Notes: generated by a model from the letters alone, not told the origin. 60,529 nt of DNA from Bacteroidia bacterium (GCA_041565275.1 JBFGVE010000003.1:1-60529); one strand, 5' to 3'. Numbered from the stretch's first letter, positions 37,301 to 47,004 are shown. Program-made: numbers and translations.

Positions 37301-39301
37301 ATATTTACCGTAGTTTTGGTAAAGGATCGGTTCCTTGATATCTACATCATAGATATTGCTGGAAGAGTGACCAAAGAAGTGGATGACACTAACTCCTGCA
37401 TTGATTCGATCAGTAGAGGGCATTGATGAATTGGTAACCTGGCCAGTATTGTATTTCTGATAATAACTGTATTGGCCACCGGCAGGAGGACCAGCCACCA
37501 CAGGACCATATTGGTTTTTGAAGTAATTCAGGATAGGATTTTGTTCTCCGATATTCTCTCCGCCACCAAGGAATACAACTTCTTTCATCCAGGCTGCCCA
37601 ATGTGTGTGTTCGTACTCATTGACCTTGTTGAGGTAGTTGAAACCTTCAATATTATTTTCACAGTTGACCCTACCAATTGGTACCTCTGGTACAGCATTT
37701 TTCACATTTGGATCAAAATCGGAGACGTATTCGTAATCTGAAGCGGGATAGCAAGGCGTTGGGACCATATTTTTTGGCGCATTCCGGGTTTTGTACTGCC
37801 CCTTTCCCCAAAGAAGGAAATATTCGGGTGTAGTGTTCCAATTATCAATTGCATACTTACAGAACCGCTTAATTCCCCAAGGGTGAATGGTCCCATAGCT
37901 GAATTCATCGTAGATCTCATCCACAAATACCACTTTGGCTGAAAGCTGATTGACTGTATTGGTATCGCGGTAGTTTTTATAGGCTATGGCGGAATTTGCT
38001 AGGGATCTGTGGGTAATGATCACAAATTGAGCGCCTCCGGCGGGATCTTTTAAGTTTGCCAGACTGGGCTGTGCGATGAGCGGATTCTTGATCCCGCGGT
38101 CAGTTACCACCTGCATCTGGCGTGGAGCGGACCCACCCGGTACAATCGCTTTGAGGGTATCACCAGAAAGGGTAGCTTGAATTCGGGTATGTTCATCTAG
38201 ATCAAAGATCCAGGCCTCGTTGTCAGCGGTCACATTCTCGAATCGACAGTAGCTTGAATTGGGTTTGTCCCAGGAAACCATTTTGATGGTACTGTCAGCT
38301 CCCAAATTGAAGAGCCTGTCGTATTCGATCGAAGACCAGCAATAATTGTTGTTGTCAGTATTATTTTCATTCCCCGTGGCAAGAAAGCCAAGTTGAGTCG
38401 TTGCGGAAAGGGGATTGCTGTAAAGTAGTTGACGGGTTTTGATATACACACCTGAAAAGGTATCAGTCCGAAGGATATTGTTGTTGACATCCAGAGTTAG
38501 GATATGCTCCCAACTGGATCTTCCAAAGATCCGGCTTTTGACAAGGCTTGGATTGCCAATGTTGGCGGGATAGGGCGTGGGGATATTGATAGCCAGCCGA
38601 TTGCTCCTTGAAAAGCCTGGGCCCACATATCCTTCGCCGGTTATCCAGTAAGAATTCAGAATGTGGAAGGGGTCGTACTGGGCTCCACCAGCTTTGTTCC
38701 AGCTTGCATTGATTCCACTGGTATTGGGGTGGTATTCTTTGTAGGCTTCGTAACGGAAAAAGGATTCAGGTGGATAGCTGGAATAATTAGTGTCCAGGAA
38801 GGTTTGATAACGAAGACCGGGCGAATTATCGTAAGTAAGAAAGTAGGCTGAGGTATCCGAAAATGCGCTGAGATGGATATTGGGTATTTGATCGTTGTCG
38901 TGGAGGCCAGAGTTGGGATCGCGGTACATGATGGAGTCTACCTTACCATCATTTCGTTTGCCATAAAACTCTAAAAAATCTACAACGCCTCCTGTTTCTT
39001 CAACATAAATGTATTGTTCTTCCCCTCTGAACACCAGATGGAGGTTTGCGGGATCAATTCCGTTTAGAGAGAAGCCACTTGCAGCAAGATCTGCTGCGGT
39101 GACACGGTAGACCCCGTTTTCCCAGATCTTCAACTTGACATAGTTGTTACCAGGGTTATACCAATTATTTCCGTATTCAAATCCTCCGGCCGCAGATAGG
39201 GGAGGAGTAGCAGGCAGAGGGGAGCTGGAGCGGAATCCGTTTGCGAACACCGCGAAAAGTAGCATAGATAAAAATAACAATGCTGCCGCTTTCTTCCACA
39301 T
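34349..39301 (-). CDS. C25 (gingipain/PorU-related, PorU2-like) cysteine peptidase with T9SS C-terminal domain, paralog A
   Basis: Signal peptide; FVIITHRSL, VDEIYDEFSYG, HFFGHSS, AFGCYGGDF, NLQGDP, CTD YPNPFSTST...ANGVYIYK; colinear with paralog B along its whole length. Confidence 0.9.
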   Translation of the reverse strand: MWKKAAALLFLSMLLFAVFANGFRSSSPLPATPPLSAAGGFEYGNNWYNPGNNYVKLKIWENGVYRVTAADLAASGFSLNGIDPANLHLVFRGEEQYIYVEETGGVVDFLEFYGKRNDGKVDSIMYRDPNSGLHDNDQIPNIHLSAFSDTSAYFLTYDNSPGLRYQTFLDTNYSSYPPESFFRYEAYKEYHPNTSGINASWNKAGGAQYDPFHILNSYWITGEGYVGPGFSRSNRLAINIPTPYPANIGNPSLVKSRIFGRSSWEHILTLDVNNNILRTDTFSGVYIKTRQLLYSNPLSATTQLGFLATGNENNTDNNNYCWSSIEYDRLFNLGADSTIKMVSWDKPNSSYCRFENVTADNEAWIFDLDEHTRIQATLSGDTLKAIVPGGSAPRQMQVVTDRGIKNPLIAQPSLANLKDPAGGAQFVIITHRSLANSAIAYKNYRDTNTVNQLSAKVVFVDEIYDEFSYGTIHPWGIKRFCKYAIDNWNTTPEYFLLWGKGQYKTRNAPKNMVPTPCYPASDYEYVSDFDPNVKNAVPEVPIGRVNCENNIEGFNYLNKVNEYEHTHWAAWMKEVVFLGGGENIGEQNPILNYFKNQYGPVVAGPPAGGQYSYYQKYNTGQVTNSSMPSTDRINAGVSVIHFFGHSSSNIYDVDIKEPILYQNYGKYPLMIAFGCYGGDFVGDGKSFGERFVLEPERGSIGYLANSTAGFLSPLGNLGTNIYPMMFGSNYGGSIGTSIKNALQTYWNVSSGQTLLNHAKQINLQGDPAIRLYSAAKPDLEITASDVYFSPSNFSAADSVFEVNIVARNLGRVTQDSFYVSLRQRIPSTGDWITYPSIYHGPIDNIDTISMTINNTLNAEMAGLNTFDIFIDSTDIIDEYQENNNRVLFDHVVPGNFPAILFPYDFAVVEDNRVSLSASAFVMGTQLEIPYLFEIDTTPTFNSPAYTASPTVKGSFNFAEWDVPFTLTDSMVYYWRVRLQDILPATWASASFKYINTKNGWAQSRPPQFFSDPTKTIAMDKVNHIWNFDQYAVELHAFVNQGNHGAYRLANGAFSSTLPSQNYSGILHTAIRSKDLIPTVQRTLFGDWIYSEMPDTEGDVTNALFNVAEGDYFLAVSEGNPEAHLWSDQLIRAFALIGGDTNKIKSIPSGNSFIIFGKKGEPNQGITITEPNIYDATAGIYKFDLRKSLQTNYSSGHIISTSIGPATQWFDMTWDWKSLDQFPQESIKVSVYAVRTDNTDSLVYTGLPLGNYSLLAIDASSFPFLRLEAQTQDSIYLTAPQLEQWHVIYNPAPDALIDPTIEWTFDRDTVRKGESISVQFTTRNITENDMDSLLVRFSIKDINRTLVYSGTQRYAPLPRSSSAILSHSVNTVNFPSEGHMTFNIEINPDKDQPEQYQFNNYYEYNFFIDQDLVNPILDVTVNGKHLMAGDIVSPNPEILMEINDDNPFLLVSDTAFEVSFGYKTPNSANLPRVFIKGNPQMEVVPAQLPDNKARLYFRPGPLDDGEYTIRVQGYDQSGNPSGKVAYEMDFTVINRSSLSDVLNYPNPFSTSTRFVYTLTGNEIPERFELHIYSISGKLVNVIDLVEMNDIKIGRNITDYAWDGKDEFGDVLANGVYIYKVIAKLNGEAIEYRDEGGPATMENGFGKLYIMR

Positions 39302-39419
39302 AGATCTCAGTATTTTCTGTAAAGAGTTTTCGAATACTACACCTATTCTGGTAACTACTAAAACTACTTAAAGAATGCCCAATAATCAAACGAATAGCCT
39401 CGTAATTAGGGGTTTGTCT

Positions 39420-40505
39420 CTACTTAACCCCCTGTAGGGCGAAGGTATACCGAAGGGAAAAAACATGCGAATAAAGCGTTTGAGAAAAGTTGCCGACATT
39501 GGAGAGGGCATAATCCACAGTGAAGTTTTTCAGACGGAATCCTGCGCCCATAGTCGGGAAAACACTGAAGGTATCCTCTCCCTTATCATTGGGAGTACGT
39601 TGCAGATTCTTGAATCCTCCTCGCAAGAATGCCAATTCTTTGTAAGAGATTTCTAAACCAGCGTGTGGATCAACAGACACCGAACCCAAGTTGGCAATCA
39701 CATTGCGCTGGCCATCGAAATGGACATCCGTATCTAATGATACCAGTACATTGACCTTCTTTCCGCTCAAGAAGGTATATCCTCCCCCCAGTTTCAAGGA
39801 AGGAAGGGTAATTTCAAGAGAATTTTCGGGAATAACGTTTCCGGTCTGTGCGAAAGCATCTTCGAAGGTTTCAGTATTAAAAGACCAAGCATTGAAGGTG
39901 CTGGTGACATCACTCAACATGACGCCAATCTGAAGCTTATCTAAGTCCCATCGGGCACCCAGGTCAAGGCCAAAACCCCAGGCATTGGCAAATTTCCCGA
40001 CAGATCTGTTAACAATTTTAAAGTTGGCACCTGCATTCATACCTCCCAGGAAGTCAAACTTTTGGGCCAGAGACAACACAATTCCGAGGTCTGCGACGGA
40101 AAAAGTCTCGACGGCATCAAAATCTATGTTCCCGTTGGCATCGACGAGGTTGAGGGTATTGGCAATATCATCTACACCTAGGCGGATAACAGAAGCACCG
40201 AAACGACGACCTCCGCCGATGGGCATAGTAAACCCAGCATAATCGTATTTGGCAATGCCCGCAAAATATTCGGAGTGCATCAAGCCGATCTCAAGCGCAT
40301 CAGGAGCAAGATTCAGACCGCCAGGGTTCCAGTATCCGGAAGTAACATCTTCCACAATCCCGACTTGGGCATTTCCCATAGCGGCTGCACGTGCCCCTAC
40401 ACCGATCTTAAGGAATTCATTCGAATATTTTCGCACACTTTGCCCGTGAAGCAAAAACCCCGCTCCCAAAAAGAGCAATGTCAAAGCTATGATCTTGAAA
40501 CGCAT
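39420..40505 (-). CDS. PorV-family outer-membrane beta-barrel (T9SS shuttle-like)
   Basis: KYSNEFLKIGVGARAAAMGNA, YWNPGGL, HSEYFAGIAKYDY, IRLGVDDI, VDYAL. ATG 40505 preferred over TTG 40514. Confidence 0.88.
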   Translation of the reverse strand: MRFKIIALTLLFLGAGFLLHGQSVRKYSNEFLKIGVGARAAAMGNAQVGIVEDVTSGYWNPGGLNLAPDALEIGLMHSEYFAGIAKYDYAGFTMPIGGGRRFGASVIRLGVDDIANTLNLVDANGNIDFDAVETFSVADLGIVLSLAQKFDFLGGMNAGANFKIVNRSVGKFANAWGFGLDLGARWDLDKLQIGVMLSDVTSTFNAWSFNTETFEDAFAQTGNVIPENSLEITLPSLKLGGGYTFLSGKKVNVLVSLDTDVHFDGQRNVIANLGSVSVDPHAGLEISYKELAFLRGGFKNLQRTPNDKGEDTFSVFPTMGAGFRLKNFTVDYALSNVGNFSQTLYSHVFSLRYTFALQGVK

Positions 40506-40533
40506 AAAACTCAAAAATTCTGAGATAAGAGAT

Positions 40534-40565
40534 CAAAAATACTGGAGGATGTATTAGCAGACAAG
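40534..40565 (-). promoter_or_regulatory. Bacteroidota sigma70-type promoter for the porV-C25-C25 operon
   Basis: Minus strand CTTG-N20-TATTTTTG (exact TAnnTTTG), 28 nt before ATG 40505. Confidence 0.6.
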
Positions 40566-40635
40566 GTAAATTAAATTACCCAGTGCTTTCCATCTTGAAG
40601 TATAACTTTATTATGAGTGAGCCAAAGAAGAAGCT

Positions 40636-41325
40636 TTAATCTGGAGTAGATGACCTGATTTCATCGAAAAAGGCTTCTTTTACAGGTATTAACTCCTGTT
40701 CATAATCAATCATCAATTGATAGAAGGTCCCTGATTGCATATATTTGTTGTTGTCGATCCCAACTCGTTGGAGGATCTTTTGCAGTACCCGGGAGATATG
40801 ATCGAATTTGGCATAGTTGTACAGGTACTGAAGCCGCAGAAACTTTTGCATATAAGACTCATAGTTGGGCAAATTTCTTCCGAGTGCGATCTCAGAGGTC
40901 TTTCTCAGGTCCCGAAAAGGCTGCAGCGCCCCAAAGTGACCATAATAGGAATTCAGGATACCGGGATTGTCATCGATCAGTATCTTGTCGATCAACAATT
41001 CAAGAAGAATGTGAGCTATAAAAAACTTACGCTGAATATTCAACTCAGGGAAATAGGACTTCAACATATTGGAAATGCGCTTGGTCTGTCTTTCAAAGGT
41101 GGGGGAAAGGTGGAATATACCATCCGCAAAGAAGTGTCGATATAGCCCTGAAAGGAATGGAGGAGTGATCATACCTGCCTGATCCTCGCTCATCTTCTTC
41201 AGGTGGCGGGCTTTGATCCTGAGATTGGAGTTGTAGATTGACAGTAGGTCAGGTGTGGCAACTCCGACAACAAAGTGACTGTTGACACGGTCTCGGTCCA
41301 AATAATAATGAGCTACCAAATTCAT
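40636..41325 (-). CDS. Hypothetical protein, ACP phosphodiesterase (AcpH)-like HD-type fold candidate
   Basis: MNLVAHYYLD...GVATPDLL, HFFADGIFH, FIAHILLELLIDKIL resemble AcpH metal motifs. ATG 41325 preferred over 41376. Confidence 0.6.
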   Translation of the reverse strand: MNLVAHYYLDRDRVNSHFVVGVATPDLLSIYNSNLRIKARHLKKMSEDQAGMITPPFLSGLYRHFFADGIFHLSPTFERQTKRISNMLKSYFPELNIQRKFFIAHILLELLIDKILIDDNPGILNSYYGHFGALQPFRDLRKTSEIALGRNLPNYESYMQKFLRLQYLYNYAKFDHISRVLQKILQRVGIDNNKYMQSGTFYQLMIDYEQELIPVKEAFFDEIRSSTPD

Positions 41326-41423
41326 GAAGCATTGTTTTTCTGTCGAAGCCGTGAAGTTATCATTTCTTTTTTGCATTCTATGACAAGTAGGAACAGGCTG
41401 TTTTGCGTAAAACCAAGAAAATT

Positions 41424-41453
41424 TTTGAATATGTTAATAAAAATTTAGATTTG
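41424..41453 (+). promoter_or_regulatory. Bacteroidota sigma70-type promoter for the POT transporter
   Basis: TTTG (41424-41427), 18 nt, TAGATTTG (41446-41453). Confidence 0.55.
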
Positions 41454-41530
41454 TCGGTAATGGTAGCAGTTACCTGATCGCATCCTTTTTCTATCTACAT
41501 TTCCTTTAATAAATACATTGAATAGAGCTT

Positions 41531-43123
41531 ATGGGACCTTATGAGTTAATGGGACTGGCCTGGGGAGCCATAATAGTTTGGATTGGCGTTGTAATCTACT
41601 TGAACAAAGATATACATCCAGGAGCACTGTTCCTTCTGTTTTTTGCTGAAATGTGGGAGCGCTTTTCTTATTACGGAATGCGTGCACTTCTGGTCTTGTA
41701 TATGATTGATAAGCTCGTTCTTTCCGGAGAGGGTGACACAATGACAGGGATGGGATACTCTGAAGAAATGGCCTATTCCATCTATGCAGCTTACGGGGCC
41801 ATGGTGTATGCTACACCAGTACTGGGAGGATTGATCGCGGAACGCATATTGGGTTATCGAAAGTCCATTCTTTGGGGTGGAATTCTCATGGCAGCAGGCC
41901 ACTTTGCTATGGCCTTCGAAGATGAGACGATCTTTTTTATTGCTCTGGCGCTACTGATTTTGGGAAATGGATTTTTCAAACCGAATATTTCAAGTTTTGT
42001 AGGCAAATTCTATGCAGATGGCGATCCGCGGAGGGATGGAGGCTTCACCATTTTCTACATGGGTATCAATATTGGCGCTTTCCTGACTCCACTCACATGC
42101 GGTGTGATCGGAGAGATCGAAGGCTGGCACTATGGATTTGGGCTCGCAGGAGTAGGAATGGTCCTGGGACTGATTGTATTTCTTGTAGGACTAGCCACTG
42201 GCGTATTTCAAGACAAAGGCTATGAACCCGCCAAAAGTGCTGTTAAATCAGTTGTCAAGACAGGTGCATCCAAAGTAAAAGGCTGGCTGGGACCGATCAC
42301 CTTGAACGAGATCCTTGTATATGTAGGCTCCTTTGTTGCTATCCCTATTGTCTATCTCCTCCTCAACCACAACGATGTACTGGACTATATCTTGGGGGGT
42401 GTCTCGATTGGTGGCTTGGTCACCTTGGTCGTCATGGGTTATATGCAGGAGTCGAAAGAACAGCGGGATAAGCTGTTTGTTATAACCGTACTGTTCCTTT
42501 TCACTGCTTTATTCTGGACCTTTTTTGAACTTGCAGGATCAGCTATCAACGTTTTTACGGCTAAGAATGTTGACAAGATGATGATGGGTAATGAAATGCC
42601 GACCACTTTCTTCCAATCGATAAATCCACTCTTTATCATTCTGTTTGCCCCACTTTTTTCCTTCCTGTGGCAATTTTTGGCCAAAGCAAAATTAGAACCG
42701 TCGGCACCACTCAAATTTGCTATTGGAGTTTTGCTCCTGGGGCTTGGATTTGTAGTCTTGGGCGTAAGTGATGGCGCAGCTACCGAGGGTATGGTCCCTG
42801 TGATCTATTTGATCCTTGGTTATCTATTGCATACTTGGGGAGAGTTGTGTTTATCTCCGGTAGGGCTGTCCCTGGTGACGAAATTGTCACCGGCTAAGTT
42901 GGTAGGTTTTGTGATGGGAATCTGGTTTCTGTCCTCTTCCGTTGCTCACCAGGCAGGTAAATTTATCGCTACGGAAACGGCTTCCGAAAATCTATTACCG
43001 GCTGAATCCTTAACGATTTATACTGGTGTCTTTATGAATGTAGCCTATATCGCTTTGGGAGCATCAGCGATCCTATTTATACTTTCTCCCTTCCTGAAAA
43101 AGGGAATGCACGGAGTACGTTGA
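41531..43123 (+). CDS. Proton-dependent oligopeptide transporter (POT/PTR, MFS)
   Basis: FFAEMWERFSYYGMR (ExxERF), GNGFFKPNIS, FTIFYMGINIGAF, GELCLSPVGLS. Confidence 0.96.
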   Translation: MGPYELMGLAWGAIIVWIGVVIYLNKDIHPGALFLLFFAEMWERFSYYGMRALLVLYMIDKLVLSGEGDTMTGMGYSEEMAYSIYAAYGAMVYATPVLGGLIAERILGYRKSILWGGILMAAGHFAMAFEDETIFFIALALLILGNGFFKPNISSFVGKFYADGDPRRDGGFTIFYMGINIGAFLTPLTCGVIGEIEGWHYGFGLAGVGMVLGLIVFLVGLATGVFQDKGYEPAKSAVKSVVKTGASKVKGWLGPITLNEILVYVGSFVAIPIVYLLLNHNDVLDYILGGVSIGGLVTLVVMGYMQESKEQRDKLFVITVLFLFTALFWTFFELAGSAINVFTAKNVDKMMMGNEMPTTFFQSINPLFIILFAPLFSFLWQFLAKAKLEPSAPLKFAIGVLLLGLGFVVLGVSDGAATEGMVPVIYLILGYLLHTWGELCLSPVGLSLVTKLSPAKLVGFVMGIWFLSSSVAHQAGKFIATETASENLLPAESLTIYTGVFMNVAYIALGASAILFILSPFLKKGMHGVR

Positions 43124-43160
43124 AACAAATGATTTCGATATTGTTATCGAAAACCAGAGC

Positions 43161-44516
43161 ATGAGACTTACAGGAACGAGAAAGAGCATAGCATTGTTAG
43201 CCCTCCTTTTCGTTCCTGTTTCTTTTTGGGCTCAATCCAATTCCCTGAGCCCCTATAAGATTACTGTCTTCAAGGATGCCGTGCAGGTAGGTCAAAAAGG
43301 GATCATTCGTTTTTACCAACAGAAAGCCAAGATCCCTCTCGAGTATGAGATGGACCCTAAAAAGATAAATTTGATCGCCAATGGTGATTTTGGCGTCATG
43401 TGGGTTCGTTTCCACAGGGATTCTATCTTAAAAATGCTTCCAGTTGAGAATTGGGCAGATGTACTCAAGGCCAACATAAGCCGTTCTATCTCCTTGGTCT
43501 ATGAGATTGGAGACGAATATGATGAGATCGATGGGAATGTACGTTGGTTAGATGAGAAAAAGGGGATTCTGCTCTTACATGGGTCAGATGGAGCCGATTA
43601 TTTTCTAACTCTTGATCAAATCCGACAGATAATCATTGACTCATTTTCTGATTACCAGATCAAGAAACGGTCGGGTGATCGGGTATTGGAAATCAAATTA
43701 AACAAGGATGCCCCCTTCGTTCCTGTCGAGTTGTTTAGCCTTCACGAAGGTATTTCTTGGAGCCCAGTTTGCCAAATCCGGGTAATCAGCAGTGAAAAAG
43801 CTTATCTCGAGCAGAAAGTGTTGTTGTACAATCAGTTGTTCGACCTTTCGCCGGTTGAAGTGGAAGTTTCCACAGGTAGTGTTCTGGCAGAAGGCCAGTT
43901 AAGTGGGGAAATTATGGAATTGGGAGAACTCTCATTGGAGAAAGGTGATGAAATATTAGTCAACTTCCGCAAGACGGAGTTGAGCTACGAATCCACCTAT
44001 CAGGCCCGTATCCCTTGGGAGTCCACCGTCCTCGGTAGCCGCATTGACTTCTCGGCAAGGAGTCTGATGCGCTTCCAACTACCGGGCAACAACTCCTTTC
44101 TGTGCGACCAATATGCTGTTATCGACGAAAACAATCGAAACATCGCTAATTTATCAACGGATAACGCTATGGATAATGGTCCCATTGAACTGGATTTCGG
44201 GACGGAGAATGGATTAAAAGTCAGTTGTGTTGATATCGAAAGGAAGCGTGGAAAGAAGCCCATCAAGGTTGGCGAGAAAAAGTACATTGAATTAGGTGCT
44301 GATGGTAGGATCATCGTTCTGAATCTCTCTGGGAAATACGTCGAAATTGATGTTAGACGTGAAATTAAGGGGGATATTACGGCTGATGGGGGAGGTAAGA
44401 TCACCACACTCGATGCGGCAACAAGTCTTAAAGTAGTTACGTGGAAAATTACCCTGGATCCCGGGCAAAAGAAAGAAGTCAAATACAAATTTGACTTCCT
44501 AGAAGAAATTCAGTGA
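43161..44516 (+). CDS. Exported DUF4139-like protein
   Basis: Signal peptide, ITVFKDAVQV, SWSPVCQIRV...KVLLYNQ, C-terminal VTWKITLDPGQKKEVKYKF. Confidence 0.55.
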   Translation: MRLTGTRKSIALLALLFVPVSFWAQSNSLSPYKITVFKDAVQVGQKGIIRFYQQKAKIPLEYEMDPKKINLIANGDFGVMWVRFHRDSILKMLPVENWADVLKANISRSISLVYEIGDEYDEIDGNVRWLDEKKGILLLHGSDGADYFLTLDQIRQIIIDSFSDYQIKKRSGDRVLEIKLNKDAPFVPVELFSLHEGISWSPVCQIRVISSEKAYLEQKVLLYNQLFDLSPVEVEVSTGSVLAEGQLSGEIMELGELSLEKGDEILVNFRKTELSYESTYQARIPWESTVLGSRIDFSARSLMRFQLPGNNSFLCDQYAVIDENNRNIANLSTDNAMDNGPIELDFGTENGLKVSCVDIERKRGKKPIKVGEKKYIELGADGRIIVLNLSGKYVEIDVRREIKGDITADGGGKITTLDAATSLKVVTWKITLDPGQKKEVKYKFDFLEEIQ

Positions 44517-44523
44517 GAATAGG

Positions 44524-47004
44524 TTACCTGGCACCTTGTCCTCCACTACCCTCATTTACGCGTCTTTTTTCGTCATCTAATCCAGTATTTCGCTTCCTGG
44601 CACTCTTGACTTTATCGTTCCCGAACAGGTAAGTCAGGTTGACCTTGAACTGCCGGCTTTCCCAGCCACCACTAGCATCGAAGTACAATCCGCCGTATTC
44701 CTGTATCCCCCGCCACTGCATGGTATAGAGGAAGTCACTTACCGAGATCTTTATACTGCCCCTACCGTCCAGGAAAAGCTTGCGTGCTCCTACATCCATA
44801 CCTCCAAAAGAGCGATTTCGGAAATTGGCTCCCCAGATAGAGGGAGAGTTGAAAAACCCTGAAAGCTCCAACGAAAAGTCTTTGGGCAGCTTAAAGGTAC
44901 TCTGGTGGTAAATGCTCCAGGTAATCTGGGAGAAGTCAATTTCTTTTCCTATTTCCCCTGCCTCACTAAAATCTCCGACATTGCGTGTCCTATAGACACC
45001 TGTATTTGTAAAGGTACTCCACCAATCTGTAACACTTTGCGGAAGACTAAAGTAAAGACTGATCACTTCCTGGGAGGCCAAGTTCAGGGTGGTCAAATAG
45101 GTTCGGCTTCCCTCAATTGTATCTGTGATCTGGGTCATCAGATCAGTGGTATAACTGTACTTCAGGGAAGTAGTGATACGGTAGTTGAGGACGTGGGTCA
45201 ATTCCAGAACATTGGAATATTGCGGCTGAAGAAATGGATTTCCCTGTCGGTAAGAGAGTTCATTTAATCTGTTAAGAAAAGGATTGAGATTCTCATAGCG
45301 AGGCCGGTCAATGCGGCGGCTGTAGTTGATCCGGAAGAGGTTCTTTCGGTTCACTTGATAAGTCAAGCCTCCCGAAGGGAAGAGATTCAGGTAGTGGCGG
45401 TCTACAGTATCATTGCCAGTAACCTGAGTGCTGGTCAATACGCCAAGGGAATTGGTTTGCTCGGCACGAAGACCGCCACTCACCCCCCACTTGCCATACT
45501 GTCGCTGCCAGGTTGCGTAAAATGCATTGACATTTTCTGTGTAATCGAACTGGTTGCTCAGGTCCAGATTCAATGTATCTACCCCATCGAAGCGGTCAAA
45601 GAATTGAAAGTCATTAGAGGTCTTGACATAAGATGCCTTTGCACCCAGCCCCAGTTTGCCTTTCAGGAAATTCCGCTCATAGTCTGTTTTGAAGGTTGCC
45701 AGATCAATGTTTGTTGGTGCTACGGTCGTGAAAATAGCCTCTCCGGTAATGACAGATAAATTTTCATTGAAGTATGTATTGGGCTGAAAAGCGGTGTTAT
45801 CCAAATCAAAGAAGCCATAGTCAGCATCAATGTTCAAACTGGTACCCTTCTCCTTGTTGTTGAACTTGTAATTGAGATTGAAATTGGTGTTGTACCGCTT
45901 TTGCTCACTGTCGCTTAAGGCTGCGAGTACACCCTGGAGTGTATCTGTATCCTGGTTTCGGATCTGGGTTGTAGAAGTACTGCTCCAAGAGCCATCAGCC
46001 AAAAATCCGTTGGTCATAAAGCCTAGGGTGCTTTTATCAGAGACAAAGAAATCGACCCCTATTTTTCCATTGTAATTGGTTCCATCATTGATCATGTCGG
46101 TTCTTTGATCATAGACAGTGTTTTGCTGAATACGGTAGAAGTCCAGAAAGTTGTAACGAAGACCCGTGTTCCCACCCAAGGTGCCAAAAATGTTGACTTT
46201 GCGACTCCTGTAATTTGCAGAGAGGGAACCATTATACTTGGAATAGCGCTGGACTCCATATCCGAGATCAAGGTTCGCGTTGGCACCGAGGCTCTTGTCC
46301 TTTTTCATGACAATATTTATAATGCCGGCATTGCCTTCAGCATCATATTTAGCGGAGGGATTGGTAATGATCTCAATCGATTCGATCTGGCTCGATTGCA
46401 TTCCCCTCAGCATGGCAGCAAGGTCAGAGGCAGAAAGTGGAGAAGGTTTTCCATCTAAGTAAATGCGGACCCCATTCTTTCCCTGCAAGATTATGTTGTC
46501 ATTGTTGTCTACGATGACCCCGGGAGCTCTGCGAAGCAATTCCATGGCATCGGAACCTATGGCATTGATGCTGGAACTCACATTGAAGACGGTCATATCC
46601 GGTTTGATAGTGATCAGAGGCTTTTGAGCCTGAATGCTCACTGTATTTAGTTCTGAACCTGAGGATAACAGCACGATTGGGGGTATTTCTTTCTCTTCGC
46701 CTTTCGATAGGGTAAAAATCTCCGAGGAATACGGGGACATACTGGTGTAAGTGACCTTGAGGAAATACTCCCCGCCAGGGATCGGGGACAGAACGAATTT
46801 CCCTTTATCGTCAGTGTATCCCGCTTTGACCATGCTGGAGTCAGCTTTATTGAGTAACAGGGTGGTGGCGAATGGAAGTACTTCTCCGTTTACATCTTTC
46901 ACCACTCCCTTGACAAGGCCTGACCCTGTTTGAGCATGGAGATGAAAGGGATGAAAGGGAAATACGAGAAAAGGAAGCAATAAAGCAGAAAATAGCTTAC
47001 TCAT
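44524..47004 (-). CDS. Outer-membrane beta-barrel (TonB-dependent-receptor-like) with N-terminal carboxypeptidase-regulatory-like domain
   Basis: GVVKDVNGEVLPFAT, DAMELLRRAPGVIVD, IEIITNPSAKYDAEGNAGIINI, GNPFLQPQYS, NLTYLFGN. Confidence 0.9.
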   Translation of the reverse strand: MSKLFSALLLPFLVFPFHPFHLHAQTGSGLVKGVVKDVNGEVLPFATTLLLNKADSSMVKAGYTDDKGKFVLSPIPGGEYFLKVTYTSMSPYSSEIFTLSKGEEKEIPPIVLLSSGSELNTVSIQAQKPLITIKPDMTVFNVSSSINAIGSDAMELLRRAPGVIVDNNDNIILQGKNGVRIYLDGKPSPLSASDLAAMLRGMQSSQIESIEIITNPSAKYDAEGNAGIINIVMKKDKSLGANANLDLGYGVQRYSKYNGSLSANYRSRKVNIFGTLGGNTGLRYNFLDFYRIQQNTVYDQRTDMINDGTNYNGKIGVDFFVSDKSTLGFMTNGFLADGSWSSTSTTQIRNQDTDTLQGVLAALSDSEQKRYNTNFNLNYKFNNKEKGTSLNIDADYGFFDLDNTAFQPNTYFNENLSVITGEAIFTTVAPTNIDLATFKTDYERNFLKGKLGLGAKASYVKTSNDFQFFDRFDGVDTLNLDLSNQFDYTENVNAFYATWQRQYGKWGVSGGLRAEQTNSLGVLTSTQVTGNDTVDRHYLNLFPSGGLTYQVNRKNLFRINYSRRIDRPRYENLNPFLNRLNELSYRQGNPFLQPQYSNVLELTHVLNYRITTSLKYSYTTDLMTQITDTIEGSRTYLTTLNLASQEVISLYFSLPQSVTDWWSTFTNTGVYRTRNVGDFSEAGEIGKEIDFSQITWSIYHQSTFKLPKDFSLELSGFFNSPSIWGANFRNRSFGGMDVGARKLFLDGRGSIKISVSDFLYTMQWRGIQEYGGLYFDASGGWESRQFKVNLTYLFGNDKVKSARKRNTGLDDEKRRVNEGSGGQGAR

